A DNA stretch of 64,000 bases from Macrostomum lignano (lineage: Eukaryota): contig NIVC01000903.1 in NCBI GenBank assembly GCA_002269645.1, forward strand, positions 1-64,000, given 5' to 3'. The notes under the pieces are model-generated. The model made no database searches. It saw only the letters and a program-made list of their open reading frames with translations, and had not been told where the DNA came from. The position numbers were made by a program, and so were the translations under genes. Positions 11,821-24,430 of this stretch are shown here, in pieces; the first letter of the stretch is position 1; the number at the start of each line of letters is the position of its first letter.

Positions 11821-12859
11821 ATTATTTACGATAAATTGCGTAATTTGCGTTGCAGTGGCTGCTGAATTCTCATAAGCAAAGCACTTAAAAAGCTAATGTC
11901 TGCTCGAGTTACAATTTAAATATTCTTTCCAAAAACGAACACTCTATTGAGTGGGTACTGCGCGCATGTTTGCCGTTTGGCGGTTTTGATACAAATTTGC
12001 GAAACTATTATTGCGCGCAGCACCGCCCACAAAATGTGCAGTGAAAGTCCCTAAAAGTGTGAGTAGCATTGATTAACCTTTCACAGTGTAAAAAAATTTA
12101 CAGTGTAAAAAATGGTGTAAAGTTTCCATAAAAATATCTTTGTTTTTAATTCTCATTGCACTGTGTGAGGTTAGTTAAATGCTCGACGCTTTTTGTTTTA
12201 GACACGGCAGTATTTTTCTCATATAATAGTTTACATATTTATTGATTAATTCGTTTTTTCGGAGTTTTGAAAGCTGCTGTGCCTAATTATGGATTTAGCT
12301 AAATGATCAGGCTACCTAATGTTGGGTAACTTGTATCAAATGGCAAAGCATTTCACTGCAAAGTCGCATCCCGTGGTTTCACGTACCTGTGGGCGTTAAA
12401 CTGTACATTTGAAATGCTGAATTTCTAGGAAAATCTCATTTCAAATTACAGTGAACAGAATCGGAGCGGCGAAAATTTTTTTTAACTAATTTCGTTGTTA
12501 ATTGCAAGATTATTTTTCGTAAGTCCAAATGTCCAAGATATTTATTATGAGTATTATTTCTTGGACCTTAGTATATGATGTTAATTCATGTGTCTCAGTT
12601 TGATTTTTTGAGTCTATTTAATAGAACTTTGTGATTAAAAAATTAATGAATGGTAAATTATAATTAATTAGTCACATAGGACATATGTAACTAAAATACG
12701 TAGCATCTAAGTAGTTTACAATAGTTTAACATTTTTAGGGTTTTATGTGTTGCAAAACTGTACTCAAAGAAATCAAAAATAATTTCGAAATATTGAGCAA
12801 TTAATGCACTTCGACCTGCTAAGGTGGCACACCTTCAATCTAGTTATTCTAGTATCTGT

Positions 12860-13015
12860 GCTCCGGCCCCCTCTATCAGGCCGTCGGGTCCTCTGAAACT
12901 TCACAATAGCAATCCTGCCTGCTCAAGGCTTGTCTCTTCTCAGCTCTCTTCCGTCTTCTTCACTCCTCTCTTTTCTCTCCTCTCCTCTTTTCTCTTCCCT
13001 CTCTCTCGTAACTCT
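12860..13015 (-). mobile_element. Partial copy of the hAT/Charlie-like MITE family seen at 24851 and 40181
   Basis: GCCCCCTCTATCAGGCCGTCGGGTCCTCTGAAACTTCACAATAGC matches the reverse complement of ~42450-42497 and is followed by a short CT-rich core. No TIR is visible. Confidence 0.7.
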
Positions 13016-13448
13016 CAAACTCTAATCTACATGTCGTAAACTCAAATATACATGTACGAACGTCTCTACTCTACCGCTAACATTTCTGAGCCTCACCGAC
13101 CCTCAGAAGTTGCGGAAGTCTGCAGACTCCATGTTTACAGATTACTCAAATTTGAGTATTGTTGTTTTGAAGTCCCAATAACTATAAAATTGTGAATTAC
13201 AATAACTATGGAACCTTAAAATCAAAATGTCTTCCAGCTTGGAAAAAAACAGGTTGCCAATTAGATGCAAACTTGATGTAGGAAGCCAGCTGGCATCCTG
13301 GTTTTCAATCGGTAATCCTGTAAATACCCAGATTTATGCTGCTGCCTGCAGTATAATCTACAGGCTGAATATATTGTGATGCCCTCGTGTGCAACACAAC
13401 AGAGCTATATGAACCAAGAATTAGCCCGATTAACAATCGAATTAATAA

Positions 13449-16249
13449 TCAGCGGCCATAGTATGGCAGCTGGGCGGGGTTCAGCACACACAGTCGACAG
13501 TCGCCGCTGCCGCTGACGCCGTTGACGCCGCCAGCGGCCGAGCTAGCAGTCTGGCCGGGACCGGACAGCGCCAAGGCTGCAGACGAGGAGGCGAACACGG
13601 CGCTCTCCAGGCTGTGCAGAAACCAGTCCTGATCGGCACCAGGGTCCGCCAAGTTGTTGAAGCTGTCGAATGAGGCGCCGCTGTTGGTCAGGGGGCCGGG
13701 CGACGGCGGCTGCTGCTGCGGGTGATCGCCGGCCAGGGAGGAAACGGCCGACTCGGCTTGCAGCTTGCGGCGCCTGCCGTTGGTGCAGCGACGGCGGGCC
13801 AAGTAGACAGACAGGGCTGGGGATTTTGCGTTGCGGATGACGGGAGGTGCGCGATGTTGCAATGGTAGATTGTTTAGTGTGTAGCTGAGGGCAATGGTGG
13901 ATTGTTTAGTGTGTAGCTGAGGGCAATGGTAGATTGTTTAGTGTGTAGCTGAGGGCAATGGTAGATTGTTTAGTGTGTAGCTGAGGGCAATGGTAGATTG
14001 TTTAGTGTGTAGCTGAGGGCAATGGTAGGTTGTTTAGTGTGTAGCTGAGGGCAATGGTAGATTGTTTAGTGTGTAGCTGAGGGCAATGGTAGGTTGTTTA
14101 GTGTGTAGCTGAGGGCAATGGTAGGTTGTTTAGTGTGTAGCTGAGGGCAATGGTAGATTGTTTAGTGTGTAGCTGAGGGCAATGGTAGGTTGTTTAGTGT
14201 GTAGCTGAGGGCAATGGTAGGTTGTTTAGTGTGTAGCTGAGGGCAATGGTAGGTTGTTTAGTGTGTAGCTGAGGGCAATGGTAGATTGTTTAGTGTGCAG
14301 CTGAGGGCAATGGTAGATTGTTTAGTGTGTAGCTGAGGGCAATGGTAGATTGTTTAGTGTGTAGCTGAGGGCAATGGTAGATTGTTTAGTGTGCAGCTGA
14401 GGGCAATGGTAGATTGTTTAGTGTGCAGTTGAGGGCAATGGTAGATTGTTTAGTGTGCAGTTGAGGGCAATGGTAGATTGTTTAGTGTGTAGCTGAGGGC
14501 AATGGTAGATTGTTTAGTGTGTAGCTGAGGGCAATGGTAGATTGTTTAGTGTGCAGTTGAGGGCAATGGTAGATTGTTTAGTGTGCAGTTGAGGGCAATG
14601 GTAGGTTGTTTAGTGTGCAGTTGAGGGCAATGGTAGATTGTTTAGTGTGTAGCTGAGGGCAATGGTAGATTGTTTAGTGTGCAGCTGAGGGCAATGGTAG
14701 ATTGTTTAGTGTGCAGTTGAGGGCAATGGTAGATTGTTCAGTGTGCAGCTGAGGGCAATGGTAGATTGTTTAGTGTGTAGCTGAGGGCAATGGTAGATTG
14801 TTTAGTGTGCAGCTGAGGGCAATGGTAGATTGTTTAGTGTGTAGCTGAGGGCAATGGTAGATTGTTTAGTGTGTAGCTGAGGGCAATGGTAGATTGTTTA
14901 GTGTGCAGTTGAGGGCAATGGTAGATTGTTTAGTGTGCAGTTGAGGGCAATGGTAGATTGTTTAGTGTGTAGCTGAGGGCAATGGTAGATTGTTTAGTGT
15001 GCAGTTGAGGGCAATGGTAGATTGTTTAGTGTGTAGCTGAGGGCAATGGTAGATTGTTTAGTGTGTAGCTGAGGGCAATGGTAGATTTTTTAGTGTGTAG
15101 CTGACGGCAATGGTAGAATTTAGGTGGGTCTCAACCATAGACTACAAAAAAGTAGTTTTGCAAGCAGTGATAATAATATACCTTTTTGCGATCTAGTTTG
15201 CCAAAACTGCAATAAATTTTGCCCGCGGAAAAATATCACTTATAATTTTGCTGTCTAGGCCAAGTCTGCTCAGACCAGAGTTTCAGCCACAGACAACTCT
15301 TTGAAAACTGCAATCAATTTTGCCAAAACTGCGACCCAGTTTGCCCATAGCAAAGAAAACACCACAGACATGCATAGCAAGATCAAAGAATGGCCCAGCG
15401 TGGACCTTATAACAGGATTTCAGCGAAGGACCGGCAGCGATTGATTCAAGCATATCAGGATGGAGAGGACTGGCAAGATTTTGGTAGGCTGTTGGGCATC
15501 TCACGAAGAACCGTGACTTACATAGTTGGACAATTCAACGCAACCGGTTGTATAGAGCCTCTGCCTCGCGGAGGTGCCAAGCGGAGGTCCCTTAACAATG
15601 CTATTATAAACTCGCTGTTTATTGTTCACTGTTACAGTTTATTTCGTCACATTTCCGAATTGATTCTCAATAAAAAATTTTCTTGGCTTGCTATGGGCAA
15701 ACTAGGTCGCAGTTTTGGAGAAATTGATTGCAGTTTTTAGAGTTGTCTGTGGCTGAAACTCTGGTCATGACTGAGCAGACTTGACCTAGAAAGCAAAATT
15801 ATAAGTGATATTTTTCCGTGGGCAAAATTGATTGCAGTTTTGGCAAACTAGATCGCAGAAAGGTATATATAACAATCATAAACAATAAATAATTGAGCAA
15901 ATTTTACTATCAACCAATTCAAGTGTACATTATTTTTGATAAGACTTTTAAAATCTAGTTTTCAATGCTAGCAATCTATAATGTTTAAACTACATGTATC
16001 TTTCTTAGTGTTTAGTCAAGTGTCTAGCTGTGACTTGAGGATTTTAACTTTCAAACTTCAACTTTGCAAACAAAGCATGCATATATGATATATTAGACAT
16101 ACCTCCTCCAATTCCCAATGCAATAAAAACTCCAAAGCCTATGAGCAGCCATGCCCAAAGCTCTAGACCAGGCTGTCCTGGGTTAGACCAATAATCATCA
16201 CATTGTATATCTGTTGTATTCTGTTGGCAAGGCAAGGACATCTTTGATG
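13449..16249 (-). CDS. Uncharacterised single-pass membrane protein, last two exons (16249-16103 and 13816-13449); 5' exons not found
   Basis: The GGAG|GTATGT donor (phase 1) joins the CCCCAG|CC acceptor in frame, giving ..SKMSLPCQQNTTDIQCDDYWSNPGQPGLELWAWLLIGFGVFIALGIGGG/ALSVYLARRRCTNGRRRK..PYYGR*. A hydrophobic helix spans the junction and is followed by a basic stop-transfer motif. Confidence 0.65.
13855..15117. repeat. Intronic minisatellite, 32-bp unit GGGCAATGGTAGATTGTTTAGTGTGTAGCTGA (~39 copies)
   Basis: Exact period: 13921 and 14881 are in register (960 = 30 x 32). Confidence 0.97.
15179..15865 (+). mobile_element. Internally deleted Tc1/mariner (IS630-Tc1-mariner) element with ~170-bp TIRs and TA flanks
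   Basis: TIRs at ~15181-15352 and ~15688-15863 (CCTTT[T/C]TGCGATCTAGTTTGCCAAAACTGCAAT...), with TA on both sides. The ORF from 15390 encodes a transposase-type HTH (RQRLIQAYQDGEDWQDFGRLLGISRRTVTYIVGQFNATGCIEPLPRGG), then runs into the right TIR. Confidence 0.88.
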
Positions 16250-18090
16250 CTAGGCAAAAGAGATTGGCTCTAAATGAGCCATAGGAAATAGGCACATGGA
16301 AATACCATGAATTTTTTAATTTAGTACAATTGTTTTATTACCAAAAATAATAAAAAAACAAGTAATAAACAAAAAAATTTTACCCTTATAAATATTGTTA
16401 TGACCTATATGCTTAAATAACAATTTTAGACAAAAATATCTTCATAACAATTTTTTAAGAAAATATATAGGGGTCTAGCAGCTTGCATAATAAAAATTAG
16501 TTTAGTTATAGAGAGCAAGACAGCAGTGGGACAAGTTGCTACCTAATCAAAGGCTTTTAATTCAATGCATCCCCACTTAGACGAATAGCTCTGGCTGGCT
16601 GACTAAATGTATCTAACCCCCAACTAGGCAAGCTAGAAGGTTAATCATATATATGCAATCAATGTTATATACCAATCATAGACTATCATGGAGAAAGTAA
16701 CTATAATTTTTTATAAAATCTGTATCTATACTATCTATAGATATTGATATATAGCTATACAAAAAATATGTGACTTAAGCAATAGCAAAATAAAAAAGCT
16801 AAACTAAAGTAATTCCAGAGTAAGTACAAGAGTCCTAATATAAGGAATTTAGGCTGAATTATACAATTAGTATTAGTGCAACAGAATAACAGCCACTAAC
16901 ACAAATATATCTAAAACTGGGTATTATTTGTGAATTCTGCCCTGACAAGTGGCAAAAATCAAAAAAGTATTCAATATGAGTTTTGATCATTTACTAAATC
17001 TTTGAATAAATAGGTTTAGCATGAAAACTTATGGATATGCAGTATTCATTCTTGTATGTAAATTTTTTTGTTTGCGTTTTAAATTTTAATCGACAATACT
17101 GTAATAAATATATTGTTTGTGAATTGAATTCATTGTTATTGTTACCTTCGAGCGTCTGCTGCTAAAAATAATATACGAAAAGCGCAGTTGAAGATAAATA
17201 ATCACAACAAAGCATCTGACAATAATGCAATAATGTAAATAATGAAGTTTATTCAGAAAGCATTACTGAGACACATAATTAATGTTGAGAGCAAAAAAAT
17301 TTTTAATCAGACATTGTTTTTGTCTGATTTGTTAAAACCACAATATTGAATGAATTCGTGTAATGAATTTAAAATTTTATGTCAATTTTCGTGAATGTTT
17401 CGTCTTCTAAATCGTACAGTAACCTCCAACATTTTATGCAACGTATTCTACTCAAAGTAGCCACATTTGCTTTATCAAAGGACCAAAAGTAAGTAAGTGA
17501 TACTAGTTATTGAAAACAATGCATCTGACAAGATTCCATATAGCTCTATAGTTGTCCTTTGACTTTTTTGACTGCACAAATTTTCTAGCAAGCAATCAAA
17601 TTATGTTTGCGTAAAGACAACAACAGAGCTTTTACTTTTTACGAATGCTTTGAAACCAACTTTTATGGTATTTAGAAACTTTATTTGCAATGAATCATTT
17701 TCACATTTAACTTAACATTATGTTTGTTTTTAAATTAGATGATCTAAAGACTAAACAAACTTTTTCGACTAGAACTTTTAAAAATAAAATTCAAAAAAGT
17801 TATTATGTATTTTTATTGTAGCTTATATAATATTTTTGCTTGCAATGAACTGTAAAATGCACAGCTTATATGTTTTAATGAGAGTTTTATAATGATTTCT
17901 ATGTAAGAGTTTATAAATACAATTGTTGATGTACCGCCTTTCCCAGAAAATTTACCTATGAGTTGCATAGTGAATTTTGTTTATTTTCCTCGGGGTGTGG
18001 CGTCTAAAATATCTTGACTAAAACTAAAAGCTTCAATTTGGGCAGAAGTGAATACTGCCTATGCTACATTGGCATTTCAGTCCTACCGAG

Positions 18091-21000
18091 ATGGAAACCA
18101 CAGACACAGCATCAGCGGCAACATCGAAGCCGGCCGGTATTTTTCGACATTCCAAATTCAGGCACGTTTACGGCAAAGCCGCAAAACGAGAGCGTTGCTA
18201 TGACAACATTCGAGTCACCACAAATAGCGGGGACGCGCAAACGGCCCTGTGCGCGGTGAATCCTTTCTATCTGGCCATCATTACGGACGCAGTCGGTGGC
18301 GGCAGCTTTCTGGTGCTGCCGTTGGACCGGTTTGGCCGGGTTGACCGCGACCCGCCACTAGTGGCCGGCCACAGAGCCCCCGTGTTGGACATTCAATGGT
18401 GCCCCCACAATGACCACTGCATAGCCAGCGCCAGCGAGGACTGCACGGCCAAGCTTTGGCTGATTGGTCGGGATCTGTTCGACGGCGGTCGGCCATTGAC
18501 TCAGTGCCACAGGGAGCTGGCAGGGCACAACAGGCGGGTCAGCCTGCTCGTCTGGCATCCCACGGCCAGCATGGTGCTGCTCACTGCAGGTTGGTGTGGT
18601 CCAACGCGCAGTTTTATACACTGTGTTTTTAAATGGAACGATAAGCTAAGTAAGCGTCAGTAAGCGTCAGAATGTAAGCGAAAATACTCACTATCAGAAG
18701 TCTTGTTCGTCAGACAGTGAATCCACACTGTTGCCTCGGGGGCAGGCCCTTATGGGAGCCGCGTGAATCTAAGAGAAAGATTCCCTATAAATAATGAAAT
18801 AATTAATGAACAACCAAGTGAAACAAACTAAATCTTGTCTGGTGAATGATTTTAGAAATTGTCCCAAGGACCACTAGCAGTATACATGTACATGTTGTAT
18901 CAGGACGCTACACTCAAAAATCGTGTAATTTTTTTTGGAGACCGACTTCCGTTAACAATATACCGCGGCTATAGGTATTCTTTCATCACAAAATCAATGA
19001 CTGCGTTTGATCTGGGGCAGTGAAGATTACCATTCTTTTAATTTAGCATGCACAACATGTTTCATTTCATTTGGTAAGTAGGGGCTATGAAGGGGCCCTG
19101 CGCATCAGCCCTGCGAAGGGCTCTTACGCAATTAATTTATTTTTGGTTTCGAATTTGAACGGTACATTGAGTATTTTATTCGAGTTTGAGGAAGTAAAAC
19201 AAATATTTTCTAATACAATAATGACATTCTAAAAAATTAAAACAAATAAGAGGTTCACCTAATCAATAGAGAGACAATTTAAAACAAATGATTGAAATTA
19301 AGTAAAACAAAAAAATATGATTAGTAAAACTAAAACAAATATTGAGCATGCACAACATGTTACTCTGCTGTATACTTGAAGTATGTTTTTTATATAGTTG
19401 TGCAGTGAAAGTTTCATTTTCATATTGTTTTTTATTTATTAGCCCAAAGTTTTAAATACTCACAAGTGGCATTAGCTGAACATTTTGTTTTGTTCCTTGA
19501 TGGCCGTGAGTTCCCCATGAAACTGCTCTAAGCAGCGTTGGCCTAGTACTAGGCTAGTCGGCAGGTACTTAGAAGCCATTATTGTAGTTCCATTTCAATG
19601 ATTATTAGTAGCTATCCTAATTCATTGCTTTAATTTGTTTACCAAAATCACTTTTAATATTTTTGTTGACCTAGTTGACCTAGTCTTAAGAAAGCTATCA
19701 TTTTTTAGTGAGGCCTAGTTTAAGGCTATGAATATGATCGCAAAGCAAAAATGGGCCCCAACTAATTTTACTTGGTCTCATAGGCTAGAATTATTTATTT
19801 ATAGTTATTCTTCTTACATGTAATATTCTAGCTATATTGCAAAGCTGAATTGCATTGAAATGGAATTATCCCTACGAAAATTTGGCTTAAGAGTATTAAT
19901 ACCTGCATGCAATTTTTTATTACAAATAGGCCTATATTTGATAGTGGCTCTTGAATTGGCTTTTAATATCAGAATTTATTCAACGATGTCAATTATTATA
20001 TGATCAAATCATTCTACTAATAGTAGAAAAGTAGAAAAAAAGCATTGCGTTCTCCACCACGCCAGGCGCGGACAACCGAGTGCTGGTCTGGAATGCGGAC
20101 AGACAGTTGGTAATGCGCGAGATCGCCTTCCCAGACGCTGTGCTGTCCTGCAGTTTCAGTTGGACTGGCGCCAGATTCGTCTGCGCCTGTCGCGACCGTC
20201 TGGCTCGGCTGGTTGACGCCCGCACTGGCCGAGTGATGACCGTGAGTTCCCCATGAAACTGCTCTAAGCAGCGTTGGCCTAGTACTAGGCTAGTCGGCTT
20301 GTACTGGCGTTATAGTTTGTTGTACGGCATGGAGCCTCTTTTTATCTTCCTTTTCGTGCCCCTCTTCTTTATGTCCCTCTCTTCATGTCCCTCTCTTTAT
20401 GTCCCTCTCTTCATGTCCCTCGCTTTATGTCCCTCTCTTCATGTCCCTCTCTTCATGTCCCTCTCTTCATGTCCATTTCTTTATGTCCCTCTCTTCATGT
20501 CCTTCTATTAATGTCCCTCTCTTCATGTCCCTCTCCTCATGTCCCTCTGTTCATGTCCTTCTCTATTCATGTCCCTCTCTTCATGTCCCTCTATTCATGT
20601 CCTTCTATTCATGTCCCTCTCTTCATGTCCTTCTATTCATGTCCCTCTCTTCATGTCCCTCTCTTCATGTCCCTCTCTTCATGTCCCTCTCTTCATGTCC
20701 ATTTCTTCATGTCCCTCTGTTCATGTCCTTCTCTATTCATGTCCCTCTGTTCATGTCCTTCTCTATTCATGTCCCTCTCTTCATGTCCCTCTATTCATGT
20801 CCTTCTATTCATGTCCCTCTCTTCATGTCCTTCTATTCATGTCCCTCTCTTCATGTCCCTCTCTTCATGTCCCTCTCTTCATGTCCATTTCTTCATGTCC
20901 CTCTGTTCATGTCCTTCTCTATTCATGTCCCTCTCTTCATGTCCTTCTATTCATGTCCCTCTCTTCATGTCCCTCTCTTCATGTCCATTTCTTTATGTCC

Positions 21001-23076
21001 CTCTGTTCATGTCCTTCTCTATTCATGTCTCTCTCTTCATGACTCCCTCTTTATCTCCCTCTCTTCATTTTACTGTATTCAATTTCGTTTTTCTTGTCTC
21101 TTTCATGTCTCTCTTCTTTCCTCTTTCTCATTTTCCTCTCTTCATATCCCCTCTTCATGTTTTTCTCAATTACTTATCTCTGTCTCCATCTCCCGCAGTG
21201 TTTCTCTCTCTCTGTCTCAGTCGGCATGCATTCAGTACTACTCTCTGCCACTATACAAAGAGCTTGCATATCTGATGACGCATCTTATGAAACAAAGACC
21301 TATTCCTATTTATCAATCCTTTGGCTACAAAAACGCACTGCACTTAACCGCACCACTGCAGGAGTGCCGCATGCACTCCGGCGGCAAGCCGGTGCAAGTC
21401 GTCTGCCTGCGCGATGGCCGCGTGTTCAGCACCGGATTCGCCGACTCCAGCGGCGGCCGCCAGCTGGCCCTGTGGGACGGCGACAGTCTGGCATCCATCG
21501 ATCGGCGCAATCTGGACGACTTCGGCAGTAGCGGCGTCCTACTGCCGCTATACGACCCGGATGTTGGCCTGCTTTACCTGGCTGGCAGAGGCGACTGCGC
21601 TGTTCGCTACTACGAGCTGACCGACGAGTCACCGCACCTGCACTACCTGGGCGTCTACCGCGGCGCCGAGCCGCTGCGCGGTGTTGGCGCAATGCCGAAA
21701 CGCGGCCTAGAAGTTGGCGCCTGCGAAATTGGCCGACTGTACCTAGTAGGGCAGCGGGGCCTCTGCCAGCCAATCAGCTTCACCGTGCCGCGCCGGTGCG
21801 AACAGTTCCAGCCCGACCTGTACCCGGACACGCGCGCCCCGGCCAGCGCCATCGGCGCCGAGGATTGGCTGGCCGGCGCCGAGGAGCAGCCGCTGCTAAT
21901 GCCGGTGACGCCCAATAATCATCAATTAGTTCTTCAGCAGCAGTGGAAACAAAATTCTCTGAATGCTACTTACAGTAGCAATAAGGTGAAATTGAAATAC
22001 TTTTCAGAGAGTGTATAAAATTATATTATTTACGCACGTAAGTCGCACGACAACCCACAGGCCAATTTTTTTGTTCAAATGAATGTGTTTGCAAATGGAA
22101 TCGAACCAGAGGTCTCCTGGATTATGGTTCCAGATAATAAGAAGCCTCTTAAGTCCCGTTCACATTATCCCTGCCAGCTCTGCTGGCCAAAACGGATGTA
22201 CAATTGATTTGAGCTACTTTACTAGTTGTACAACTTTGTTAAAGTTCTGTGTGAACTTTTGAACAACCTATAAACAACCTGTGTATAAAAATCTGAGTTC
22301 TAAAAGCAGCAACAGTGAGCCTCATTTTACCCCCCGTCCTGTGATGGACAAGCTGCTCGCAGACCTCAGGTGCGCCGCGCCATTGCAGCATCCCCTGCGG
22401 CGCGATGATGAATTAATTTAGGCTAATCTTTCCGTAGTCAGTTGCCATCTGTTCTACTCGGAAATCAAGAAAAATGCTAATTGATACATGTAGTTAAATA
22501 GAACTTCTAACGCATTTAATGCTGGTTCAATGGTTAAAAACGTGCAGAATTACATGTAAATGAAGACTCAGACACCGGTAGTCCTATGAAAATTTCCCGC
22601 GCGAGCTGAGCTTTTCCCGCGGGAGGTTTCCCTCCCACGGGCGGAAATTCTCTTGCTTCCCCTGCCAGTAGTCCTGGACGATTGGAAGTCCCAAGTTCGA
22701 TTCCCAATCTCGGCTGAACATAGAGAAGCCCATATACTCGTAAAATAAAAAAACCTGTTGAATTAGTAAAAAAAAACAGATTCTGTCGCCACCATCGCCG
22801 CAGGCCGCTGCACCGATCGCGACCTACTTGTCGTCGTCCTCGCGGAGGTCCTCACCGCCCCTGGCTCGGCTGTCCGACCGAGTTGACCGCCTGGCCGACA
22901 CTGTGCGCCTCCTGGCCGCCGAGGGCGCCGACTTGCGCAGCCGCGTAGCCCGCCTGGAGGCCGCGGCCGCCGCTGCTGCAGCTGGCAACCAGCACAACGC
23001 CGACGACAAGATGGTCGAAGACGATGAGAAAGACGGGTCCTTTGAGTCAGATGACTTCCTGACTGCCGAGAGCTGA
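18091..23076 (+). CDS. coro: Coronin (WD40 actin-binding protein, short type with C-terminal coiled coil), ~531 aa
   Basis: Exons 18091-18589, 20066-20241, 21362-21985 and 22780-23076, all GT-AG and phase-consistent. Motifs: RHSKFRHVYG (DUF1899), GHRAPVLDIQWCPHND..IASASEDCTAKLW, LYDPDVGLLYLAGRGD, FTVPRR..FQPDLYPDT, and a C-terminal LSDRVDRLADTVRLL coiled coil. The exon 3/4 boundary is the least certain. Confidence 0.93.
20340..21230. repeat. Pyrimidine-rich minisatellite, 14-bp unit CATGTCCCTCTCTT, in coronin intron 2
   Basis: Directly visible. It produces the spurious M/S/L/P-rich ORFs starting at 20299-20539. Confidence 0.95.
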
Positions 23077-23704
23077 GGCCGGCTGTTTGAGTTTTTAATT
23101 CATTTTTTGGTGCTATCGATTCTACTAGATTAACTTCGCGTGTACACATATGTACGAGTATTTCTCAGAAACGCAATTTTTGCACTTCAGCATTTATATG
23201 AAACTGTTAGCCTATAGTAGACGATACCTTTAGAGTCTGATGATTTAGTTTAGCTTAGTATATAGTTTAGTTTAAGGTGGCAAAGTAGGTATTTACAAGA
23301 CAAAGTAATTATTTATTATTAAAAAAACATTTTAACAAACGAAAATTTGTATTTCTTCTGCGGAAAGTACTCAAAGTTAAGATTTACTTTTTAAGAAGGC
23401 CAGATTTTCGCTTTTTACTTTCCTTTTATATATCTTACGAGTTACACGCTTATTTAGCTCGCAACGTGAGAAAAAATTATGCACACAAAAATCTAAGTTG
23501 AGAAATAGAGCAGAAAGTTTTGTTCTGCTTTTACATTATTACAATACTCGTAACATTAACAGCTGGGCACCTAGACTCCAGGTGGGGACAATCTAAACTA
23601 TGGAAATATTCAATCCAACCCATAATACTAACTTACCACCTAACACCCTAGCCAACCCATCTCAAAGTTGTACACAGTGCCTCAGTCACCACGAAATATC
23701 CAAA

Positions 23705-24430
23705 TCCTACCCACTCTATCCCACACACTACCCACTCTATCCCACACACTACCCACTCTATCCCACACACTACCCACTCTATCCCACACACTACCCACTC
23801 TATCCCACACACTACCCACTCTATCCCACACACTACCCACTCTATCCCACACACTACCCACTCTATCCCACACACTACCCACTCTATCCCACACACTACC
23901 CACTCTATCCCACACACTACCCACTCTATCCCACACACTACCCACTCTATCCCACACACTACCCACTCTATCCCACACACTATCCACTCTATCCCACACA
24001 CTAACCACTCTATCCCACACACTAACCACTCTATCCCACACACTACCCACTCTATCCCATACACTACCCACTCTATCCCATACACTACCCACTCTATCCC
24101 ACACACTAACCACTCTATCCCACACACTACCCACTCTATCCCATACACTACCCACTCTATCCCATACACTACCCACTCTATCCCACACACTACCCACTCT
24201 ATCCCATACACTACCCACTCTATCCCATACACTACCCACTCTATCCCACACACTACCCACTCTATCCCACACACTACCCACTCTATCCCATACACTACCC
24301 ACTCTATCCCACACACTACCCACTCTATCCCACACACTACCCACTCTATCCCATACACTACCCACTCTATCCCACACACTACCCACTCTATCCCACACAC
24401 TATCCACTCTATTCCACACACTAACCACTC
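23705..24430. repeat. Minisatellite, 21-bp unit TACCCACTCTATCCCACACAC
   Basis: Directly visible; 7-aa periodic ORFs in several frames. Confidence 0.97.

Noticed and set aside
11820-12450. Canonical Helitron 3' end (hairpin + CTRR)
   Set aside because: No convincing GC-rich hairpin followed by CTRR was found; only short inverted repeats, so the terminus is left undefined.
20299-21361. N-terminal 320 aa of ORF 20399-22018 and overlapping ORFs
   Set aside because: Intronic 14-bp repeat; coronin homology starts only after the CAG acceptor at 21361.
22085-22730. tRNA-like B boxes (GGAATCGAACC at ~22098; GTTCGATTCC at ~22696)
   Set aside because: Too degenerate to call; probably old SINE fragments.
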